This document shows, piece by piece, positions 8,709 to 18,981 of a stretch of DNA of 46,788 nt. The stretch comes from Candidatus Aminicenantes bacterium (GTDB taxonomy: Bacteria; Acidobacteriota; Aminicenantia; Aminicenantales; Aminicenantaceae). Below the pieces are notes generated by a model, which was not told the DNA's origin, searched no databases, and worked only from the letters and a program-made list of their open reading frames with translations. The stretch lies in NCBI GenBank assembly GCA_050124775.1, contig JASFEP010000001.1:1-46788 (forward strand). The letters are read 5' to 3'. The position numbers and the translations under genes were made by a program. The first letter of the stretch is position 1. The number at the start of each line of letters is the position of its first letter.

Positions 8709-11700
8709 TTACATATTCCGTCTGTACTGCCCTCCCACCTCATAAAGCGCCTGTGTGATCTGACCGAGAGAGCAAACCTTGACAGTATCCATGAGCTCGG
8801 CAAAGATATTTTCCCCTGAAAGAGCGACTTTTTGGAGCCTCTCGAGAGCAGCCGGTGCGTTTTTTGCGTTTCGGCTTTGAAAGTCCTTAAGGCGTTTGAG
8901 CTGTGATTCGATCTCCTTTTTTGTGGCTCTTGCCAGCGGAATACCTGCAAAACCTCCCTGAGATTCATCCGTCTCCGGGTCCCTGAATGTGTTGACCCCG
9001 ATAATGGGAAGATCCCCTGTGTGTTTGAGCATCTCATAGTGCATCGACTCTTCCTGGATCTTACTCCTCTGATAGCCTGTTTCCATGGCGCCCAAAACGT
9101 CTCCGCGTTCGGAGATCCTGTCGAATTCGGCGAGCACGGCCTCCTCGACCAGATCCGTCAATTCATCGACGATGAAACTCCCCTGGTTCATGTTCTCGTT
9201 TTTGGCCAGCCCCCATTCACGGTTGATTATGAGCTGAATCGCCAGAGCCCGCCGCACAGACTCGTGTGTGGGGGTTGTTATGGCCTCATCGTAGGCATTG
9301 GTGTGGAGACTGTTGCAGTTGTCGTAGACGGCACAAAGGGCCTGGAGCGTCGTCCGGATATCGTTGAACTGGATCTCCTGGCTGTGCAGCGATCGCCCAG
9401 ATGTCTGGATATGATATTTGAGCATTTGGGATCTTTTCGAGGCTCCGTACTTTTCCCGCATGGCGATGGCCCAAATGCGCCGGGCCACGCGCCCGATAAC
9501 CGTATATTCCGGGTCCATCCCGTTAGAGAAGAAAAAAGAGAGATTGGGACCGAAACTATCCAGAGGCATGCCGCGGGAGAGATAGTACTCGACATATGTA
9601 AATCCGTTAGAGAGGGTGAGTGCAAGTTGTGTGATCGGATTGGCCCCTGCTTCTGCGATGTGATAACCGGAGATGGAGACCGAATAGAAATTGCGCACGT
9701 TATTCTGCACAAAATACGCCTGGATGTCTCCCATCATCTTCAGAGCGAACTCGATAGAGAAGATACACGTGTTCTGTCCCTGGTCCTCTTTGAGTATGTC
9801 CGCCTGGACGGTTCCCCGAACAGCGGATAACACAGAAGCGCGGATGTTTTCATACTCTTCCTTAGTGGGTTTTTTCCCAGACTCGGATACAAAAGCATCG
9901 AACTTCTGGTCGATGGCGGCGTTTAAAAACATCGCCAGAATGATGGGAGCAGGTCCGTTTATCGTCATGGAGACAGAGGTGTTGGGAGCGCTCAGGTCGA
10001 ATCCTCCGTAGAGAACCTTCATATCGTCCAGTGTGCAGATGCTCACGCCAGAGGTGCCCACCTTCCCGTAGATGTCCGGCCGCCTGTCCGGATCGCATCC
10101 GTACAGAGTGACCGAATCGAAGGCTGTGGATAGACGTTTGGCCTCGTAACTGGCGGAAAGAAGCTTGAATCTTCTGTTCGTTCGCGCAGGATCCCCCTCA
10201 CCGGCGAACATTCGTGTGGGATCCTCCCAAACTCTTTTTAATGGAAAAACACCAGCTGTGAAAGGAAAAGATCCGGGGATATTTTCTCTTCTCAGATACC
10301 TGTAGATCTCGCCCGGATCTTTGAACAGGGGGAGGGATATCTTCGGAATCCTCTGATGCGCCAAAGATTCCGTAAAAAGAGGCTGTCTGATCTCACGCCC
10401 CCGTACTTCATAAACAAGTTCATCCTTCGAGTATCTTTTCCTAATTTCTTCCCATTCGGAAAGAAGCCTATTCGTGTCTTCATTGACATCCTTTTCGGCT
10501 TTTGCCACTTCTTTTTTCAGTCGAGAGAGGAGTTCTTCTTTACTCCCATCCATGGAATTCCTTTCTATTGCCTTTGCACTTTCTCTGAGATGCCAAACGC
10601 GCCGCACTGCATCCGCCTGCTCTTCGGTCTGCCCATGATAGTGACGGACCGTATCGGCGATATCTGCGAGATATCGGGTCCGATCCGGGGGGATGACGAC
10701 TGTTTTCGAAGTCGACGTCTTTTCACCTGAAGGAGGATATTGGGACTCGAAACTCACTCCCGTTTTTTCGCGGATAGAATCCAGGATCGCAAGATAGAGC
10801 GACGTCACGCCATCGTCGTTGAATTTGGAGGCGATCGTTCCGAAAACGGGCATGGCCTCCAGTTCTCTGTCGAAGGCATCCCTGTTTCGCTGGACCTCCT
10901 TCCGCACATCCCGGACCGCGTCCTCCCCCCCTCGTTTTTCATACTTGTTGACGACCACGATATCTGCGTAATCCAGCATGTCGATCTTTTCGAGCTGGGT
11001 CGCGGCGCCGAATTCACTGGTCATAACATAAAGGGAGAGGTCGGCCAGGTCGGCGATCTGGGAATCTCCCTGACCGATCCCGGCTGTCTCGACAAATATG
11101 AGATCGAATCCTGCCGCTTTGAGAACCCAGAGAATTTCAGGGAGCGCTTCCGGCACTTCCATGAGCGATCTTCGTGTGGCAAGGGAGCGCATATAGACCC
11201 TGGGTGATCCGATGGCATTCATCCGGATCCTGTCACCGAGAAGGGCACCACCGCTTTTTCTCCTGGAAGGATCGCAGCTTACGATGGCGACATGGACATC
11301 CTTCAGATCCCGAAGCAGACGCAACACGATCTCATCGGTCAACGACGATTTTCCCGCTCCCCCTGTTCCGGTGATGCCGATAACGGGGATCTTTTTTTCA
11401 TCCATCCGCTCGGACAATTCATGCCGGATTTTTTCGATCCCGCTGTCCTTTCGGGTTTTTGCCAATTCAACAGCAGTGATCGACCTTGCGATCATTAGTT
11501 TGTTATTGCATGAAAGCCCCTTCACATCAAAAGAATCCGTGTCCACTGTCGGAAAGTCCAAACTCTTGATCATGTGATTGATAATTCCCTGAAGTCCCCA
11601 CTTCGCTCCATCTTCGGGTGAATAGATCTTTTCCACACCATACTCTTCGAGTTCCTGAATCTCCTCAGGGATGATCACTCCGCCTCCTCCGCCAAAAACC

Positions 11701-11990
11701 TTGATATGAGAAGCTCCTCTTTCTTTCAAGAGATCAACCATATACTTAAAAAACTCGATGTGCCCACCTTGGTAGCTGGAAACGGCGATTCCCTGTGCAT
11801 CTTCGTCGATGGCTGCGTCGACGATCTCTCGGACAGACCTGTTGTGCCCGAGGTGAATCACCTCGGCACCCGTGCTTTGAAGCAGCCGGCGAACGATGTT
11901 GATCGAAGCGTCGTGACCGTCGAAGAGAGATGTGGCTGTCACCACACGGATATTATTCTCAGGATTGTATGGTTTACTATCGAAGCTCAT
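8709..11990 (-). CDS. icmF: Fused isobutyryl-CoA mutase (B12-binding domain + MeaB-like G-protein + mutase catalytic domain)
   Basis: N-terminal B12 domain ([16 protein letters not shown]). P-loop [16 protein letters not shown] with NKYE and a G-domain. C-terminal methylmalonyl-CoA-mutase-like barrel (FTAGVFP..., [16 protein letters not shown]). The 1093-aa length fits the IcmF architecture. AAGGAG ribosome-binding site, and the start overlaps the tetR stop (ATGA). Confidence 0.9.
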   Translation of the reverse strand: MSFDSKPYNPENNIRVVTATSLFDGHDASINIVRRLLQSTGAEVIHLGHNRSVREIVDAAIDEDAQGIAVSSYQGGHIEFFKYMVDLLKERGASHIKVFGGGGGVIIPEEIQELEEYGVEKIYSPEDGAKWGLQGIINHMIKSLDFPTVDTDSFDVKGLSCNNKLMIARSITAVELAKTRKDSGIEKIRHELSERMDEKKIPVIGITGTGGAGKSSLTDEIVLRLLRDLKDVHVAIVSCDPSRRKSGGALLGDRIRMNAIGSPRVYMRSLATRRSLMEVPEALPEILWVLKAAGFDLIFVETAGIGQGDSQIADLADLSLYVMTSEFGAATQLEKIDMLDYADIVVVNKYEKRGGEDAVRDVRKEVQRNRDAFDRELEAMPVFGTIASKFNDDGVTSLYLAILDSIREKTGVSFESQYPPSGEKTSTSKTVVIPPDRTRYLADIADTVRHYHGQTEEQADAVRRVWHLRESAKAIERNSMDGSKEELLSRLKKEVAKAEKDVNEDTNRLLSEWEEIRKRYSKDELVYEVRGREIRQPLFTESLAHQRIPKISLPLFKDPGEIYRYLRRENIPGSFPFTAGVFPLKRVWEDPTRMFAGEGDPARTNRRFKLLSASYEAKRLSTAFDSVTLYGCDPDRRPDIYGKVGTSGVSICTLDDMKVLYGGFDLSAPNTSVSMTINGPAPIILAMFLNAAIDQKFDAFVSESGKKPTKEEYENIRASVLSAVRGTVQADILKEDQGQNTCIFSIEFALKMMGDIQAYFVQNNVRNFYSVSISGYHIAEAGANPITQLALTLSNGFTYVEYYLSRGMPLDSFGPNLSFFFSNGMDPEYTVIGRVARRIWAIAMREKYGASKRSQMLKYHIQTSGRSLHSQEIQFNDIRTTLQALCAVYDNCNSLHTNAYDEAITTPTHESVRRALAIQLIINREWGLAKNENMNQGSFIVDELTDLVEEAVLAEFDRISERGDVLGAMETGYQRSKIQEESMHYEMLKHTGDLPIIGVNTFRDPETDESQGGFAGIPLARATKKEIESQLKRLKDFQSRNAKNAPAALERLQKVALSGENIFAELMDTVKVCSLGQITQALYEVGGQYRRNM

Positions 11991-12643
11991 TGTTTCTCCT
12001 TCTTTTCACCCATCGATTTCCCCAAAATAAAATCTGTCTGGATATTGATATAATCCTCGATCGTGTAGCGGGAGGATAAATACCACCGCCGGAAAGTCCA
12101 CATATGTCCGAGCACGACAATGTTGTGTGCGATCAATTCGATGGAGTTTTTATCCATCTGCGGCAAATCATCGCTGGAAACCAGGTCTGTCAGCGCTCCG
12201 ACAAAAATATTTGTCAGCCGAACCTCGTTCTCCAGGACTTTTTTCTGCCAGTGAGGGGGGAGGGTTTTTGTCTCCTGATAGATGAGCAGGATGTGATCGC
12301 TCATACGGTCACAAACGAGAAAGTATTCCAGGATCATCGCCGCCAGAACATTCCGGCCGCCCGATGCCTTATGGAGGGCCTCTGCAACACCCTGTTCGAC
12401 CTCGGCATGGATGGCATCGCAGACCAAATAGAGAACGTCCTCTTTGGACCGCACATATTCATACAAAAGGCCGTTCGATATCCCTGTTGCCCTGGCGATC
12501 TCCCGGGTCGTCGTCCGGTGAAAACCCTTAGCGATAAAAAGCTGGACAGAGGCATCCACTATCTGCCGTCTTCTTTGATGGACCAGCTCGGGATCTTTGA
12601 TATAGGTGGGGATATCTCTGGTTTCAGATAATGTTTTGGCCAT
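11987..12643 (-). CDS. TetR/AcrR-family transcriptional regulator
   Basis: HTH region [48 protein letters not shown]. The track start at 12664 is TTG and lies inside a palindrome, so the first ATG at 12643 is used. Confidence 0.85.
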   Translation of the reverse strand: MAKTLSETRDIPTYIKDPELVHQRRRQIVDASVQLFIAKGFHRTTTREIARATGISNGLLYEYVRSKEDVLYLVCDAIHAEVEQGVAEALHKASGGRNVLAAMILEYFLVCDRMSDHILLIYQETKTLPPHWQKKVLENEVRLTNIFVGALTDLVSSDDLPQMDKNSIELIAHNIVVLGHMWTFRRWYLSSRYTIEDYINIQTDFILGKSMGEKKEKQ

Positions 12644-12647
12644 TTTA

Positions 12648-12696
12648 ATTGAGCGAGCGCTCAATCAATGTAGCATGAAAAGCCTCGCTCTGTCAA
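12648..12696 (-). promoter_or_regulatory. Candidate sigma70-type promoter plus palindromic operator for the tetR-icmF operon
   Basis: On the minus strand: TTGACA (12696-12691), an 18-nt spacer, TACATT (12672-12667), then the inverted repeat attgagcg-NN-cgctcaat (12648-12665, 8-bp arms), which ends 4 nt before ATG-12643. Confidence 0.45.
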
Positions 12697-12845
12697 GCTC
12701 TTTTTTAAAATTGTCTGACCTCTGGATGGGCTTCGACTGTAGCGTGGCCTAAACGCAGCTTATGACTTTGGGTCAATAAATTATTCGCTGAAAATACATT
12801 TATACGGAATAAATTCGTGCAATAGGAGGAACCAGGATCTGTTAT

Positions 12846-13421
12846 TTATCCGCTTTTCAGCCCTTTTCCTAAGGAATAGGCATCCCCGAGTAATTCTCCT
12901 ATGCCATAGTACTTTCGACTTTCCGGCGCGAACACAACAGCTTTGACCTTCTCTAAGTCCGGGGTGCCCCGCTCATCAAGAACAGAGGTATCGGCTTTAA
13001 CATCGAGGATCTCTCCGATGAATTGGGTGTGGAGTCCGATTTCGAAAGATTGAATGAGTTTGCATTCCAGAACCATAAGAAACTCGTCGATGTAGGGAGC
13101 ATCCACCAATGCGCTCTTCACCGGCTGGAGCCCGGCTGTGGCAAATTTGTCCTCGGTTTTTCCTGAAGCCATCCCGAAATAATCGGCCACACGGAGATGG
13201 GCTTCGGAGGGAATGTTGATTGTAAACGCCTCCCGCTCAATAATATTCCAGTAGGTGTATGTGGCTTTTCTGAGAGACACCGCCACACAGGGTGGCCTCG
13301 AGCAACAGATGCCCGCCCAGGCAACAGTCGAAGCGTTCGGTCGACCCTCTTTATCATAGGTCCCCACGACAAATACGGGAGTGGGATAAACGATCGTTTT
13401 CGGACCCAGCGATTCTTTCAT
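12846..13421 (-). CDS. Flavin reductase-like (FMN-binding split-barrel / flavoredoxin family) protein
   Basis: [30 protein letters not shown]...[10 protein letters not shown] is typical of the family. ATG-13421 is preceded by AGGAGG. The track start at 13562 is TTG and would overlap the upstream gene. Confidence 0.8.
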   Translation of the reverse strand: MKESLGPKTIVYPTPVFVVGTYDKEGRPNASTVAWAGICCSRPPCVAVSLRKATYTYWNIIEREAFTINIPSEAHLRVADYFGMASGKTEDKFATAGLQPVKSALVDAPYIDEFLMVLECKLIQSFEIGLHTQFIGEILDVKADTSVLDERGTPDLEKVKAVVFAPESRKYYGIGELLGDAYSLGKGLKSG

Positions 13422-13515
13422 TAGAACCCTCCTGAGATTAGTCCTTTTAGTAAAAAAATCTTTCATACCTATTCTAACCTGATAAGGAAATATAAACCAG
13501 CCGGGAAAGCTGACA

Positions 13516-14682
13516 TCAGTGCAAGGCTTCGACGAATTTGTTTGCCAATTCTTCTGGTGCAATCCGGTTCAAACTGGCATTTGTTTTCATAAAAAATACG
13601 CTTGCATCCTTGGCCGGCGGTGGGATGTGGATATCATTCCGCCGCAATTTCTCTCTGAGAAGTTGGAGGTCAGTTCCTTTGACATACAGCTTGAACACAT
13701 TGGTTCCATTGGGAAATTTTTCGACGCGGAAAGCCTCGTTTTTTTCCAGGAGGGCAAAAAATATGTCGGCTCTCTCGAGCGCACGGGAATAGTCCTCCAA
13801 AAAGGTGGCCGTATAGTGGAGCGCGACAGCTGCAAAAGGCCACACCTGGGGCATCCCCCCGCCGAACATCCTCCGCAGATGAAAGAGGTTCTTTGTGAAT
13901 TCTTTAGTCCCGGCCAGGATCGCTCCGGATGCCGCATTAAAAGCTTTATAAAGAGACGTGTAGACCGTGTCGAATTTGGCGCTATACTCGGAAGGTGGGA
14001 TGCCGGTGTGGACCGCAGCGATAAACAGCCGCGCTCCATCCAGGTGCATCCTTATTCCTTGATCCTTTGCATAGGCAGAGATCTTCGTCATCTCCTCAAA
14101 ATCGAACATCTGCTCGCCCATCCTGCGTACTGGTGTCTCTATAGAAATGACCCCTACGGGAGAAAGGACTCTGCCGGAATTGACCTTGTGTACCGCAGAC
14201 CAGATCTCCTCGAGATCGAAGGTCGCTCTTTGTGGCGCAAGGGGGATAAGGTTAAGACCGCTAAGGATTTGCGCACAATCGCCGGAATCGTTGTAGATAT
14301 GGCTCTCTGCCTGTACGATCACCTTTTTATCATCGCCCGCTAATTTCCTGAGAGCGATGTGATTCGCCAGCGTGCCTGTGGGCATGAAGACAGCGCTTTC
14401 CTTCCCGAGCAATTCAGCGAACAGGACCTCGAGCTCTTCCACCGCGCCTCCCCTGGAATAATTATCCGCACGGATTTTTCCAGCCTCCGCCATTTCATAC
14501 AAAAGTCGCGAATATTCTAAAGGGGACAAGTCAATGCCGTCTCTCGTAAAATTAATCGCTTTCGATATCTGTGCGAGGGGCTCTGTCTTTGTTGTTTCTC
14601 GGAATGATGCGGCATCGAGCACTCCTCCTAAGCCAGCCATACTCCCAAGCTTGACAAAATCCCGGCGGTTTATCGTGAACAT
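13516..14682 (-). CDS. PLP-dependent threonine aldolase / beta-eliminating lyase family protein with a twin-arginine (Tat) signal
   Basis: N-terminus [22 protein letters not shown] fits the Tat motif (RRxFxK plus a hydrophobic region). [13 protein letters not shown] and later blocks resemble low-specificity threonine aldolases. AGGAGG ribosome-binding site. Confidence 0.65.
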   Translation of the reverse strand: MFTINRRDFVKLGSMAGLGGVLDAASFRETTKTEPLAQISKAINFTRDGIDLSPLEYSRLLYEMAEAGKIRADNYSRGGAVEELEVLFAELLGKESAVFMPTGTLANHIALRKLAGDDKKVIVQAESHIYNDSGDCAQILSGLNLIPLAPQRATFDLEEIWSAVHKVNSGRVLSPVGVISIETPVRRMGEQMFDFEEMTKISAYAKDQGIRMHLDGARLFIAAVHTGIPPSEYSAKFDTVYTSLYKAFNAASGAILAGTKEFTKNLFHLRRMFGGGMPQVWPFAAVALHYTATFLEDYSRALERADIFFALLEKNEAFRVEKFPNGTNVFKLYVKGTDLQLLREKLRRNDIHIPPPAKDASVFFMKTNASLNRIAPEELANKFVEALH

Positions 14683-14760
14683 AACTTCCCTCCTTTCGAT
14701 CGGATTGAAACCGATGGACTTCGCTATCTATGCGGAAACGTCCGTTACCATCCACGCATG

Positions 14761-16797
14761 CTATATGTTTCTATATTTTTCGAACCAGGCCATGAGATAA
14801 AGCTGCTGGAGCAAACGGTGGGAGGGCCTCCGCCATCCGTGGAATTCATCGGGCATGCGAACAAGAAGAGTCTCTTTTTTTAACATTTTCAGGGCTCTGT
14901 AGTATTCTTCGCTTTGGGACATCGGCGTGCGCAGGTCGGCCTCCCCGGTCATGACCATGGTGGGTGTCGTGACATTGGCCACATAGTGGAGCGGCGAACG
15001 CACGGCATAGAGCATCGGGTCCTCCCACGGATATTTCTCGAACTGCCGGTACCAGGACGATCCATCCGTCGTCCCCACAAACGAGTGCCAGTTGATGACG
15101 GGTCTCATGGAGACGGCGGCCGTGAAACGGTCCGTGTGACCGACCAGCCAGGCGGTGAGAACACCGCCCCCGCTTCCGCCGCAGACAAACAGGTTGTCCT
15201 CATCGATGAAGCCCTTTTCTATCGCTGCATCCACACCGGCCAGCAAGTCATCCCGGTCCTTCCCGGGATAGGAGAACTGGATACCGTTCACAAAATCCTG
15301 GCCATAGCCGGTGCTCCCTCTTGGATTCATGTAAAGCACAGCATAACCTTCGGCCGAAAAATTTTGCCATGCCCAATTGAACCGCACGCTGTACATAGAC
15401 CAGGGTCCTCCATGGATCCAAAGCAGTAGAGGGTATTTTTTCCCTGGCTCGAATTCAGCGGGTTGGATGAGCCATCCCTGAAGGTCAAGGCCATCCGGAG
15501 ATTTGAACCACATCTCCTCCACCTCTCCGAGTTTCACACCAGCCAGCACATCCTCGTTGACGTCCACAAGTGTGCTGAACTTATGAGGGTTTTTCATGTT
15601 GAAAGTAACAAGATATCCGGGCTTATGGAAGGTGGATACAGTTGTCGCAACCTGTCCATTTTGTGCCAATGACAGATCAGACATGTAGTGAACACCCTCT
15701 GTGATTTTCTCGATCGCTCCGGATTTCGACACAAAGTAGATATTGGACTCTCCCTTCTCCCGCATCAGGTAGTACACTCCCGAGCTATCTTCGGTCCATG
15801 TGATGCTCGAGGGGGAATTGGGCAGGTCTCCGGCCAACTGCTTTTTTTGATTCCCATGGATATCCATAAGATAGATGTGTGAAAGATGACTCGTAAAGTT
15901 CTTGTCATCGTAGCCGGTGTAGGCGATCCATTGTCCATCCGGAGAGATTCTCGTTCCTTCATCAGGACCTTTTCTGTCCGTCAACGCTTTTATTTCGAGC
16001 GTTTCGAGGTTCACGGAGTAGATCTCGCTGTCGCCCCGCAGGTATTCCGCATCGGGTTTCCGTATGGCACTGAAATAAATTGTTTTTCCATCCCGAGACC
16101 ACTGCGGGTCGTTGTGGGAATAATCTCCCGACGTCACCTGGCGGGGTGTCCCTCCCAGCTGAGCATCGAGGACAAATACGTGGCTGTAACCTTTAGGCAA
16201 AGGACCCCTTCCGTCCCTGGCCCAACTCAATCTATCCACAAGAACAGCGGGTTTTGCCATCTTTGCACCTTTGGGGAACTTGGGCAATTTCACGCCCAAG
16301 ATGGTTTTTGTGTCCGGCATGAAAGTCGTGAAGGCCAGCATCTTTCCGTCCGGAGACCACACCAAGCTGCGCGGAGCACGTTCGAGGTGCGTCAGTTGAG
16401 CGACTTCCCGCGTGTCCAGCCAAAGCACATGGATCTGCTCTGTCCCATCCCTATCCGAAAGAAAGGCGATCCTTTTCCCGTCCGGGGACCACACCGGTGA
16501 GGAGTCGCTCCAATTCCCATGGGTCAATTCCCGAATCCTGGTGCCGGCAATATCGACGATCCAGATATTGCTCCGGGTCCGGTCTTCCATCTTGTCCACC
16601 CATCCCCGTGTAAATAGGATCTGAGTGCCGTCCGGTGAAATCCTCGGACTCCTGATCGATTCCATTTCGAGATAGGTCTCCTTACCGAGCAATCTGTAAT
16701 CTTTCTCAGCGCTGAACATAACTCCTGTCACACCGAACCAGAGAACCATGCTCAATAGTAAGGGCTTCCCAGCGATTTTTTTCACGTTCACCTCCAT
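14761..16797 (-). CDS. S9-family serine peptidase (beta-propeller + alpha/beta-hydrolase; prolyl oligopeptidase / acylaminoacyl-peptidase type), secreted
   Basis: Signal-like N-terminus. Repeated SPDG/WSPDG propeller blades. Nucleophile elbow GGSGGG, a later D, and EFHGW (His). Confidence 0.85.
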   Translation of the reverse strand: MEVNVKKIAGKPLLLSMVLWFGVTGVMFSAEKDYRLLGKETYLEMESIRSPRISPDGTQILFTRGWVDKMEDRTRSNIWIVDIAGTRIRELTHGNWSDSSPVWSPDGKRIAFLSDRDGTEQIHVLWLDTREVAQLTHLERAPRSLVWSPDGKMLAFTTFMPDTKTILGVKLPKFPKGAKMAKPAVLVDRLSWARDGRGPLPKGYSHVFVLDAQLGGTPRQVTSGDYSHNDPQWSRDGKTIYFSAIRKPDAEYLRGDSEIYSVNLETLEIKALTDRKGPDEGTRISPDGQWIAYTGYDDKNFTSHLSHIYLMDIHGNQKKQLAGDLPNSPSSITWTEDSSGVYYLMREKGESNIYFVSKSGAIEKITEGVHYMSDLSLAQNGQVATTVSTFHKPGYLVTFNMKNPHKFSTLVDVNEDVLAGVKLGEVEEMWFKSPDGLDLQGWLIQPAEFEPGKKYPLLLWIHGGPWSMYSVRFNWAWQNFSAEGYAVLYMNPRGSTGYGQDFVNGIQFSYPGKDRDDLLAGVDAAIEKGFIDEDNLFVCGGSGGGVLTAWLVGHTDRFTAAVSMRPVINWHSFVGTTDGSSWYRQFEKYPWEDPMLYAVRSPLHYVANVTTPTMVMTGEADLRTPMSQSEEYYRALKMLKKETLLVRMPDEFHGWRRPSHRLLQQLYLMAWFEKYRNI

Positions 16798-16872
16798 CGA
16801 ACTGGTGTATCGCTCTTTATGCGACTCACATAAATAAATCAGAAATTTCTGTCGAAATCAAGCTTTTCACTC

Positions 16873-17094
16873 CTGGAGTGCTCACGAGCTAAGGCCTCTC
16901 GATTCCTCCCATCCCAAAAGGCGAGGCAGTGGCCCTTGATGATGGTGTGAACTCCCTCGAAAGGGCTACAACGAAGGCTTTGGTGCGAGATCGGCTCGCC
17001 CGAAGGGTAAAAGATGCTAACATTAAGATAAAGAATTTTCCTTTATGTGGGTTCGTTGCTAAAAGTTTGTTAGCATCTTTTATGAATAATCCAG
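16873..17094 (+). repeat. Copy B (full length, 222 bp) of the TIR-bounded structured repeat family
   Basis: Degenerate 5' TIR ctggagtgctcacgag and 3' TIR ttttatgaataatccag. Core as in copies A, E2, D and C. A perfect 14-bp hairpin aaaagatgctaaca/tgttagcatctttt spans 17009-17081 with a 45-nt loop. The element ends 3 nt from the TAA stop (17098-17100) of the convergent OMP gene. Confidence 0.85.
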
Positions 17095-17097
17095 GAA

Positions 17098-17754
17098 TTA
17101 GAATCGAAAAGAAAGCCCTACAACAGCACTCAAGCTATTGACATTTTTGGGGTCGGCAAAGATCATCACATACCGAGCATCCAGCCTCAACGCCACGTTG
17201 CCGCTCATAAAAAAATTCAAGCCGGCGCCAAAGTTGGCTACGGCATCCAAGGTTTTCTCCGGGGCTTCGAGGGTGATCGAAAAACCATAGTCCGAGGTGT
17301 AAGTGGCGTCCTCTGCCAGGAGTTTGTCAACGCCTCCTCCGGCCAGAATATAAGGCCTTATCTTTCCGCCCGAAAACTGGTAGACAAGGTTCAGGGTCAA
17401 GGAATAATGCTTGGACGAATCGATCTCTACGGTATCTTGGTCGGACGGGTCTTCGAGTGTCACTTTCGAAGACAGCACATACCGCCAATCCAACTCTAGT
17501 CCCAGATTCTCGGTAAAGAAATAGCCCAAGGACGCACCCAAAGCTGGAGGCGTATGGGAAGGAGTGACGGGAAAATCGTTCTCGCCGAGAGCATAATCAT
17601 CCTCTGAACCGTATTCGAAGACATGGTTGAGTCCACCAAACACAGAAAATTGGAATTTTTGGGCATGCGCAGTGCCGGTCAGAAGGGAAAGAGCAAACAC
17701 GATACATACCAAAACAACCCAAGAGTTTTTGTTCACAGGTGTGCTTTTCGCCAT
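17098..17754 (-). CDS. Outer-membrane beta-barrel protein (OmpA-beta/OmpW-like small barrel)
   Basis: Signal peptide ...LSLLTGTAHAQ, alternating amphipathic strands and a C-terminal ...GLSFRF. ATG-17754 has AAGAGG upstream. The track start at 17775 is TTG. Confidence 0.75.
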   Translation of the reverse strand: MAKSTPVNKNSWVVLVCIVFALSLLTGTAHAQKFQFSVFGGLNHVFEYGSEDDYALGENDFPVTPSHTPPALGASLGYFFTENLGLELDWRYVLSSKVTLEDPSDQDTVEIDSSKHYSLTLNLVYQFSGGKIRPYILAGGGVDKLLAEDATYTSDYGFSITLEAPEKTLDAVANFGAGLNFFMSGNVALRLDARYVMIFADPKNVNSLSAVVGLSFRF

Positions 17755-17868
17755 TGTAGCCTCTTTTGGTTTCAATTATAGCCTTTAATCCATGAAATTG
17801 AAAGCGCAAAAGCTCCCAGTGTTATTGGGGTTTACACTCGAAACAACCAAGAAAAAATCGAAGTGGAA

Positions 17869-18486
17869 CTAATATCTTTTGTCTTTCAACGGATAGAGAT
17901 CCGCTGTGCTCTTTTTCCATTTTCCGTTTTGAAGGACCCACCTGTGAAATATCTTTTCCGGATCGCTGCTCTTCGCATGGAGGATTCTCTCATCGGGAGA
18001 GGGAACTTTTTGTTCGTCTCCGTCACTCTCTTCAAAGGCTGAAATAAACCTCAAGATCGTCTCAGGCTCCACATGATAGGACACAACATCAACAACAGCC
18101 ATATCGCCCGAGAAATGAATGCCCAACACATCAAAAAGAACAGGACGAAAATGAAACTTCCAAAACTTGGGTGTCGGACCCACCCAAATGACCATCTCCG
18201 AATCCATCACGAAGAACCAATCCTCAAGTCTCTTCATCCGGTTGAACACTTTCCCCAACCTCTCGGTCTCCATGTCTTCAGGGATCCCGTATCTGCTGTA
18301 CTTTTCGATGAGCATTTTCCGTTCGGCTCCTGTGCTGAAGGAGCTAATAAAGTTGTAGCTTTTGTAGAATTCAGAGATCTGAGGAGGTAAAACCGGAGTT
18401 TCGGTTCTGATGTTATCGCTATGCGCACGGATCGATGGAAAAAACAGACCGATGGATAAAAGTCCCAAAACAAGCGTTTTTTTCAT
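17869..18486 (-). CDS. Hypothetical secreted protein
   Basis: Signal peptide MKKTLVLGLLSIGLFFPSIRAHS. No family recognised. Confidence 0.55.
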   Translation of the reverse strand: MKKTLVLGLLSIGLFFPSIRAHSDNIRTETPVLPPQISEFYKSYNFISSFSTGAERKMLIEKYSRYGIPEDMETERLGKVFNRMKRLEDWFFVMDSEMVIWVGPTPKFWKFHFRPVLFDVLGIHFSGDMAVVDVVSYHVEPETILRFISAFEESDGDEQKVPSPDERILHAKSSDPEKIFHRWVLQNGKWKKSTADLYPLKDKRY

Positions 18487-18732
18487 TCGACCACCCTTAT
18501 TCTCTTATACAGTTCAATAACAGCAGAATCCTCTTAAAAGTTTCAATCCTCACGGGTTAATTTTTTCAGAACACAAAAGACCTTTATGACAAACGGCGGA
18601 TAAAAGAGTCGTCAAGGGGCAAACTTCAATGGCATGCGCGTGAACACAAAAAAAGAACTTTGACAGGACTACTCAAATTTTATCTAAAGAGCTCCCCCTG
18701 AAGAAGAAGCTTTGAGGAGGGGAGGAGTTTAT

Positions 18733-18957
18733 CTACTCTTTTTTTGCCTTCCCTGCAGCCTTGCCAACCCATATGGTGGCAATGACGGCGATGATCGTAA
18801 CGACTACGGCATAGGTAAGCATAGGGCCTACGCCCTCGGCCGTTCCAAAAACCTGCTTAAAAATGGCTTGAATGGCCCCATTCCAGGCCAGGGCAGCGAC
18901 CAAACCGAATGCAGCCGTAACCAACGCAGCGATCTTTTCGATTATTTCTGACCTCAT
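18733..18957 (-). CDS. Small two-helix membrane protein (DUF5654-like)
   Basis: MRSEIIEKIAALVTAAFGLVAALAWNGAIQAIF... plus a second hydrophobic helix and a KAKKE tail. ATG-18957 has GAGGAGG 8 nt upstream. The track start at 18966 is GTG. Confidence 0.6.
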   Translation of the reverse strand: MRSEIIEKIAALVTAAFGLVAALAWNGAIQAIFKQVFGTAEGVGPMLTYAVVVTIIAVIATIWVGKAAGKAKKE

Positions 18958-18981
18958 CTTATCCACCTCCTCACAGATTAT

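Noticed and set aside
9021-9830. Long antisense or off-frame ORFs appear in the track, for example 9021-9830 and 10740-11207 opposite icmF, 13519-14343 opposite the aldolase, 32262-33518 (418 aa) opposite the oxidoreductase, 21980-22723 opposite purM, and 24275-24916 opposite the VWA gene.
   Set aside because: All lie fully within strongly supported genes on the other strand. Their composition is skewed (R/G/P/S/H-rich) with no motifs or ribosome-binding sites, which is typical of shadow ORFs.
12776-12830. Short similarities to repeat-family ends occur here: ggaataaattcgtg resembles the 5' TIR, and ttattcgctgaa is also seen flanking copy C at 19189-19200.
   Set aside because: The matches are too short and degenerate to call a relic copy, and no core or hairpin accompanies them.
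12846-13562. The track gives N-terminal extensions for several genes (12846-13562, 17098-17775, 19866-20699, 20591-21799, 21809-22879, 22973-25342, 37224-38918, 11987-12664).
   Set aside because: Most of the extended starts are TTG codons without ribosome-binding sites. 19866-20699 begins at an ATG but also lacks one. Several would overlap neighbouring genes or run through promoter or operator sequence. Most of the downstream ATGs I chose have AGGAGG-like sites and/or sit directly before signal peptides or conserved N-termini. The starts chosen for 11987-12643, 19866-20600 and 21809-22813 rest only on being a downstream ATG.
16873-17094. I looked for target-site duplications flanking the repeat copies.
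   Set aside because: I found no consistent direct repeat flanking A-F by eye. The tctca(ca)g flanks at the E locus result from the tandem arrangement. The exact ends therefore remain provisional.
16929-17141. A 70-aa ORF (GTG start) lies inside repeat copy B, which could suggest the repeat encodes a protein.
   Set aside because: The same frame is interrupted in other copies (tga in E2 at ggc ccg tga, tga in A) and terminates early in F (taa after tat gaa). Conservation follows stems and TIRs, not codons.
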